DNA from: a virus | Strand: one strand, 5' to 3' | Length of the DNA stretch: 64,000 nucleotides | Virus record (IMG/VR): IMGVR_UViG_3300008267_000003 | Span: 98,012 to 162,011 of that record | Shown here: one piece after another, positions 57,755 to 64,000 of the stretch | Layout of the letters: the number at the start of each line of letters is the position of its first letter | Position numbering within the stretch: position 1 is the first letter of the stretch | Translations under genes and position numbers: made by a program | Notes under the pieces: model-generated | Database searches by the model: none | The model's input: only the letters and a program-made list of their open reading frames with translations | What the model was told of the DNA's origin: nothing

Positions 57755-58108
57755 ATGTACACATTTGATGAGAATTCGATTTCCGATCTGCACAAAGATG
57801 CATACGGTTTTCGTCCGGACCAATCGTTCTGGAGTTTCTTTGCTGCTGCTAATCCTGATCAGAAGCAAGCTCTGTGGGATGGTCTGCTTGTAGATCTCAA
57901 GCGTTCTGTTGAAGAAGAACGTGTGATGCAGGAAGAGGCTGTTGTTAAGTTTGAAAATCGTGTTGAGAATCTGATGCACGATGGTACTACTCGTAAGCGT
58001 GTTATTGAGTGGTTGATGGATGCAGATGAATCTCTTGGTGATGTTGAGTACTTTGAGTTCCTCAACAATCTGCCTTATGGTTACCTCAAGTCGAAGGAGT
58101 ATGTATGA
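57755..58108 (+). CDS. Conserved phage early protein
   Basis: GAGGAGG SD; SDLHKDAYGFRP. Confidence 0.8.
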   Translation: MYTFDENSISDLHKDAYGFRPDQSFWSFFAAANPDQKQALWDGLLVDLKRSVEEERVMQEEAVVKFENRVENLMHDGTTRKRVIEWLMDADESLGDVEYFEFLNNLPYGYLKSKEYV

Positions 58109-58760
58109 AACCAGTAAGCTCTTATGTGACTGCTGATGGTATCACGGTCAATGTATATCCTGAGAAGAAAATCAAACGCAATCCATATATGTCGTTTGGT
58201 GGTTCGTATGCTTTGCTTGGTGCTCTTGCTAAGCGTGGTATACCAGAAGACTCTATGTTTGCAATGCCTACACGTCGGAGGATTAAATAATGATTAAGGA
58301 TTTTATACCAGCAACTCAGATCGTTCGAGCTGTGCTTCGTAAGCATGGTGTTGGATCGCACGACGTCTACACCAACAATTATGAGAAGTGTAAGACTGTT
58401 AAGACATATGTGAACCGAATTGCTTCACCTCAGGTTGCGTGTGATCAGATTAGTGGTGCGCTAAAGGAAGCTGGGTACAGTAACTTCACGTTTAAGTTTA
58501 ATAATCGAAAAGTTTTTGGCTTCTATCGAACAGCGTTCATAGTTCGTTTGCCTAAGGAGTAATGTGAAATGGAAGGCATAAAAATTGATTGGGAGACTGC
58601 TGATCGTATTACTTGTGAGAACTTGATTGATCACAGGGACATGCTGACAAAAGAGTTGGACCTGTATGGTCAAGGCAACTGGTTACATCCAGAAGATGTT
58701 GTCTTGTGTAGAGAACGTGTGGATGCTATGAATGTGTTAATTAGGTATTTTGGAAGATAA
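58105..58760 (+). other. Three coupled small hypothetical ORFs (58105-58290, 58290-58562, 58569-58760)
   Basis: SD sites and stop-start coupling. Confidence 0.65.
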
Positions 58761-59362
58761 TGAAGCCGTATTACCGAACGTCTATTGATGCCTCTAATGC
58801 TCTAAGATCTGATTTTGATCAGGAGGCATTTCTACGTAGCACAGACAGGGCTCATGATCCAGTTAGTATTTGGGCATTCAGGGACTCTGAAATATATGAT
58901 GTGTTCAACAGAGAATGGATACATCGTGTAGAAGAAGCTGTGGGAATGGAAGTTTCTTTTGCTCTTCTTTTTTACCGAGTGCCATTCCTCGAGTTTGAGG
59001 AAGTTCATATTGATCAGGACCCTGATCGCGATAACATTCGTTCAGTGTACTCTCTTAATTTTGTTAACGATGATCTCGATGACAGTTCCATGCTGTGGTA
59101 CGACATTCCTATTGAAACTGGGGATTGCAAGTACACTCCTGCAATGACTCCTTACGTCAGCTGGGCAACTGAAGACGTCCGTCATCTTGAGTACGACAGA
59201 TATACGCTGGGCAAGCAGGTTACTCTTGTGAATGTTGGCCAACCTCATAATGTTATAACTGGCAACAGATACAGATGGTGTTACTGTCTACGATTCAAAG
59301 ATGATAAAATCTTTAGTTGGGATCAGGCAGTTGACTATTTTTCTCATATCATTGTAGAATAG
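58760..59362 (+). CDS. Cupin / 2OG-Fe(II) oxygenase-like protein
   Basis: HID...SLNF...VNVGQPHNV...R..CLRF. Confidence 0.55.
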   Translation: MKPYYRTSIDASNALRSDFDQEAFLRSTDRAHDPVSIWAFRDSEIYDVFNREWIHRVEEAVGMEVSFALLFYRVPFLEFEEVHIDQDPDRDNIRSVYSLNFVNDDLDDSSMLWYDIPIETGDCKYTPAMTPYVSWATEDVRHLEYDRYTLGKQVTLVNVGQPHNVITGNRYRWCYCLRFKDDKIFSWDQAVDYFSHIIVE

Positions 59363-59365
59363 AAT

Positions 59366-60412
59366 ATGAAATATCTATACAAGAAGACGAAGGTCATATA
59401 TGATGCTCATCAAAAGGAGTATCAAGTATACTACAAGAACTGGTTCGTGTGGAAATACGACAGCTGTTATAAGTTTGATGATACTCAGTCAAAGTACCCA
59501 GTACATTACAGTACTAAGGAAAGTGCTGAGCAAAAAGCAATTACGCGTGCTCAGACTATGTTAAGTACGGTCGAGGTGTGGAGTGGATCTACTTATTGGG
59601 GTACGGAATGAACAGGAAGAGACAGATACAGAGGAGATGGTATGACCATTGTGCCAACGATCCGATATATTGACAACACGAGAGCCTACGATATTGTTGA
59701 GCTAGTTGTGCTTGACAATGGTGAGTCGTGTGATGGAGAGGTGATTGAAGGACCTTTCTTTACGTTTGGTGAAGTACGTCGTCGTTTTTACAGGTTAACA
59801 GGAAACTAGGAGAGCATTGTGTTCAATTTTGTTATTGGAACTGTATTTGGTATAATAGTTAGCACTGTTGGTTTTGCTTCACTTGCTAAGGTAATGGATC
59901 CTCCAAGTTATTACTACAATCCTGTTGCGAGGATGGAGTCACTCGCTCAATGTGAGGATATGGCTTCGTCTATTCGAAAGAATGAGACTGGTAAACCAAC
60001 AAAGATAATGTGTGTTCGAACTGTAACTTAAAATTATTTTAAATTATGACATTAAAAGAGCTGATTGCTGAACTTGACAACGCTTATGATATTAAGAGAA
60101 GTGTCTATGAGTCGTTGGAAGTATCTGACACAGTAGGATTTCAATTGATATCTGGTCTGCTGGAAGTTCAATTGCAGGAGTTTCAAGATATCATTATCAA
60201 GTTGAAAGTTATTGAACGAGATCTCAAGAAGGAGTCTGCAAGTGAGTAGTGTTAGTGAAGAAGACAGGTTGTTGGTGATTGAGAATCTGATTAAGAAGTA
60301 CGGAGATAAGATTCCGAATCCTGATCACTATCCAAGGATCTTTAAGACACTCGTTAAGCATGAGTTGTTCTACATTGCCCGGGAAAGAGAAGGTAGCTCG
60401 GGAGCTCAATAA
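59366..60412 (+). other. Run of small hypothetical ORFs (59366-59611, 59819-60031, 60046-60249, ~60242-60412 and shorter ones)
   Basis: Tightly packed + strand ORFs, several with SD sites. Confidence 0.55.
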
Positions 60413-60440
60413 TACAATTTTAGTAACATAATATTTACAG

Positions 60441-60465
60441 AGCCCGCATTTTATGCGGGCTTTTT
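60441..60465 (+). terminator. Intrinsic terminator
   Basis: AGCCCGCAT-TTT-ATGCGGGCT followed by a T run. Confidence 0.88.
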
Positions 60466-60468
60466 GCG

Positions 60469-60497
60469 TTGACTTAATTTTGTTTGAGGTGCATAAT
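60469..60497 (+). promoter_or_regulatory. sigma70-type early promoter
   Basis: TTGACT-17-CATAAT directly after the terminator. Confidence 0.8.
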
Positions 60498-60524
60498 GGG
60501 GACATATAAACAAGTGAGGAAATT

Positions 60525-60689
60525 ATGAAAAGAACAGAAGATTTGTGGTTTGATGTGTCTGAGGTTTTGATGCTGGACAAGTTCTCGTACGGTGAGATTG
60601 CCAATATGTTTGGCCTGTCGGTTGAGGAAGTGGCTGGAATTGATGGTGAGCTGCGTATCTTTGAAGCTGAATACAATGGAGGGTTTTAA
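60525..60689 (+). CDS. Small acidic HTH-like protein (not in the track)
   Basis: GAGG SD; SYGEIANMFGLSVEEV. Confidence 0.65.
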   Translation: MKRTEDLWFDVSEVLMLDKFSYGEIANMFGLSVEEVAGIDGELRIFEAEYNGGF

Positions 60690-60690
60690 T

Positions 60691-62854
60691 ATGAGAGTAG
60701 CGAATGATTTTGGTAATGTCCGTATCGTGTATGATGGTAGTCCGTTCGATGTTTCGTATGACATTAAGGTTGAGTGGTTGGTAGAGGGTGAGTGGGTAAT
60801 GTTCCAGGGTTTTAACAGTCTCTCTGATGATTATGCAATCACGAATGCGAGAGAGGCTGCAAATCGTGCAATCAGGAAGTTAGCTGAAGGAGTAGTATAA
60901 TGAATCCGGCAATCAATTTCATGAATCTGCAGATTGGTCGTTTGTTTCACTGGAATGGTGAGGATTATCAGAAGGTATCTACTCTCACGGCTCGTAAGTT
61001 ATCGACTGGCCGTTCTGTTCACATGAAGAAGTATGAGCCAGTTCACATCATTGCAAACTAAGGAGGCAGTATGACATTAGCAGAGCAGAATTACATTGAG
61101 CAGCAGTTGTTTCAATTGGCTCCGTTACCGTTGACGGAAGAGAACTTTCCGTATGGATTTGACTTGCAGATTCAGACGTTAGGCAGGAAGACCAACTTTC
61201 TTCGAATCAATGCAGAGCAGATGAAGAAGATCGAAATGATACTACGAGGTGCAGAATGATGAACAGGGATGAATTTGCTGACATGATGAATGAGTCGTAT
61301 CCTCCGTACAAAATCCTGGGTGTTGAGTTTGGAGCAGGGACTGTACTGCGTGAATGTGATCCTGTGTATTTTGATGTGTTGTACAGTGATTATTGTCAAT
61401 TGATGGAAGTGGAGGAAGTGTGATGGAAAATTATATTGACGCAATTAAAGAACTAGCGTATCTTCCTAAGGAGACGGCATCAGAGTACATGATCGAGTTG
61501 ATCGGTATGTACAAGGATGAGTATGAGGTGTCGTTTGATGAAGCGTATTCTGATTTGACTGGTGTGTATATTGATGCGGTATTGAGGAAGATTTAATTAA
61601 TGGAAGAAGAACGTGGATGTGAGTATGAAGATCGTGTGGCAAATACTCCTCAGGAGATGTTAGAGTTCTTGGCAGACAGGCTTGAATATGCGGGTGTTGC
61701 TGAAGTGGTGGCCAGATCATATGCAAAGGATATTCGGCTAATACTAAAGGAATATTATGGAGTTGAAGAATGAGTGAATATGATATGAGTATTCATACTA
61801 ACCCTGATGCAATGGCCTGGACTAAGTTCTTCAGGGAATTGAATCCAGATTGTAATGTATCAGATGAAACGATGTTAGGCTGGTTTGCTAATGCAATGAT
61901 GGCAATGCACGATCATCTGGTATTGAAGGGTAATCCAATTAATGGTGATCATGCTGATTATATGTTAAAGGGAAAACAATGACTGATGACAAACTAGACA
62001 GTCTGCGTGAGATGGTAAAGGTCCAGGGATACAATGGCAATTGGAACTGTGATCCTTATATGCACGGAATGTATAATGGAATGGAGTTCATGCTATCAGT
62101 AGTGGAAGATCGGGAACCAATATACAGAACTAGACCAGACGTATGGTTATGTGATCTCCCGAAAGATAAAGTGATTGGTAATCCTGTAGGAGCTGAATAA
62201 TGAACGAACGAATTCGAGAACTTTCTGAACAGGCTGAAAAATATGCTGATGATAACTTTAGAGGTGAACCTACGTGGTCTGAAGCATTTGAGTCAAAGTT
62301 CGCCGAGTTGATTATACAGGAATGTGTTGGAGTGGTAGAAGGCGGCAGGTTCTTACATGACCAGGCTCCTACTGCTTTATTTGCTAAAGAATGTAGTAGT
62401 GCAATTAAACGACATTTTGGAGTTGAATGATGACAGATCAAGAATTAGTTAATGTATTATACGAAGCTAGCCAATCACCGGATGTAAAGTATAACGTTCC
62501 ACTTAGAATGCTTCTCACCATGGCTGCTGAACGTATTACTGAACAATCTAGTAGTATGAAAGAGAACCAATGACTACCATGACAAAAGAAGAAGTAAGAG
62601 AGTTCCACATATCAGTCCTTGAATCCGTATTTGCAGAAGAGTACTTCACAAGTAAGATGAAGGATACCTTGTTCAACTATGACTTGGATCTTGATGCAGC
62701 ATATAAGATAGAGAGTGTGGAATTGATCTATTCATTCTGGAATGACTTTTGGAATAGACTCCCAGATGATTCATCCATCCACAGAACTCCATTCTACATG
62801 GTATGCGATCTAGCAGAAGGTGATTATTTGATAGGATTGGAAATAGACCGATGA
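60691..62854 (+). other. Array of small early hypothetical ORFs (60691-60900, 60900-61061, 61071-61259, 61256-61423, 61423-61596, 61770-61982, 61979-62200, 62200-62430, 62570-62854 and others)
   Basis: Strong GGAG/GAGG SDs, ATGA/TAATG coupling. Confidence 0.65.
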
Positions 62855-63117
62855 CCAAAGTATACTTGCTGATGGAACATAAAAGTGATGGATCCTGTGA
62901 GATAGTAGATATATATCAAGATAAACAATATGCATTGTTCTGGGCAAGAACAATAAGAGAAAGAGACGGCTTATTTTACTTTGTGACAGAGAGACCACTT
63001 ATTGGAGTACCTGACTAATTTCCTTAGCAAGAAGGATAGAGATATAAAATATCGTAGAATAGTAGTTAGAGGATATATTATATCGTGAAGTCGCACCTAT
63101 AGGATATACAGGAAAAT

Positions 63118-63474
63118 ATGATATTAGTTCGAGAAACAACTGATTGGACGACTCCGAATCACACGTATCTGCTGGATGATTCCCGCCAGTATATGCATGG
63201 TTACATCAAGCTGGGTGCTGCAGACATGCAGATGTTCAAACAGCCTATACGCTTCTCTACACGCGGCAGAACGTTCCACTTTATTCGCAGCTGTAACGGA
63301 GAAACCCAGGATGATGCGAAGCACATAGTCTCTGTCCAGGTGGAGGGCAGCAAGGGGAACCAGTATACTGTGATCCTGCAGGACTCTGAGGCTAGCTGTG
63401 ATTGCCCGGGGTACAAGTTCCGGGCAGAGTGTAAGCATATCCCCCTGGCAAGAGAGAGATTACTTTATTTGTAA
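63118..63474 (+). CDS. SWIM zinc-finger protein
   Basis: GSKGNQYTV...CDCPGY...CKH. Confidence 0.8.
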   Translation: MILVRETTDWTTPNHTYLLDDSRQYMHGYIKLGAADMQMFKQPIRFSTRGRTFHFIRSCNGETQDDAKHIVSVQVEGSKGNQYTVILQDSEASCDCPGYKFRAECKHIPLARERLLYL

Positions 63475-63504
63475 CACCCACTGTTTCTGCGGGTTTTGAT
63501 CCTG

Positions 63505-63533
63505 TTGACCTAATTCCGTTTAATGTTGATTAT
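63505..63533 (+). promoter_or_regulatory. sigma70-type early promoter
   Basis: GTTGACCTAATT element, -10 GATTAT at 17 nt. Confidence 0.55.
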
Positions 63534-63561
63534 AGACTACATGAACAAACGAATGGAGAAA

Positions 63562-63831
63562 ATGATGACAGAAGACGAAAAGCGCATGTTTGGCATGTCC
63601 CGCGCAGACATCACTGAAGATTACATGGAGTCGCTGACCGCGCGGCTCTCCGGCCTGGAGATGGTCGTGGCAGGCATCCTGAGCGACAGCCAGGAGCTGC
63701 TAAGTATGGGTCGCACGGAAGACGTCCGCAAGCAGTTGAATGTTGCGAAGTTCATCCTGTTCGAGATGCTGGATCGTCGCGAGAGCGAAGAGACTGTCCT
63801 GGTGAGTTCTGATGGTAAGGAGATTGTATAA
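63562..63831 (+). CDS. Hypothetical protein
   Basis: GGAG SD before MMTEDEK. Confidence 0.7.
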   Translation: MMTEDEKRMFGMSRADITEDYMESLTARLSGLEMVVAGILSDSQELLSMGRTEDVRKQLNVAKFILFEMLDRRESEETVLVSSDGKEIV

Positions 63832-64000
63832 TGAGTAAATTCAGCAACCTGATCTCTGAGACAGAGTATCTGAAGACTGCACGCGGCTACGACTTCCTGG
63901 AAGCGCTGACATTCATCCTCAACTACGAGGAAGAGTATCCATCTGAGATCCGTCGTGAGCTGAAGGAGTTCATGCGTGACGGTGCCCGTATGTTCGCAAC
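63831..64000 (+). CDS. Hypothetical protein running off the window edge
   Basis: AAGGAG SD, TAATG coupling, MSKFSNLISETEY... Confidence 0.65.
   Translation, partial: MSKFSNLISETEYLKTARGYDFLEALTFILNYEEEYPSEIRRELKEFMRDGARMFA

Noticed and set aside
1-64000. Stop-codon reassignment or alternative genetic code
   Set aside because: Core genes are full length in code 11, all three stops are used, and there is no suppressor tRNA

Overview
A 64 kb segment of a large T4-like myovirus genome. It uses genetic code 11, is almost entirely + strand and is densely packed. The host is probably a Gram-negative proteobacterium, possibly a betaproteobacterium. From left to right the window holds: (1) a 7-deazaguanine DNA-modification cluster (DpdL-like QueD paralog with LxxxHRHxF, DpdA/TGT-like transglycosylase, DUF3310-like protein, dCTP deaminase/dUTPase, glycosyltransferase); (2) the T4 replication core (gp45, gp44, gp62, regA, gp43, uvsX, gp41) interleaved with phoH, hsp20 and clpP; (3) a late-promoter block of predicted virion/internal proteins; (4) a lysis module (spanins, GH19 endolysin, several small membrane proteins); (5) primase, thyX, nrdA/nrdB, erpA, a tRNA(CAU), sugar-modifying genes and RNase H; (6) a run of small early genes behind a conserved GTTGAC(T/C)T sigma70 promoter class. 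The strongest candidate for an undescribed system is a late operon at 17232-20621. It encodes four His-rich, Cys-free enzymes (nuclease-like, RNA-ligase-like, HAD phosphatase, HxGH nucleotidyltransferase), each beginning with a T4-type 10-residue capsid-targeting peptide, which suggests a packaged and injected nucleic-acid repair or anti-defence kit. Other notable points are a ROSE-like RNA thermometer on the phage hsp20, an AUA-start erpA missed by the ORF track, a chimeric initiator/elongator tRNA(CAU), a pstS-like scar beside an 11-bp periodic array, and an exact 49-bp repeat flanking an in-frame module. All family assignments come from reading motifs by eye; no searches were run.
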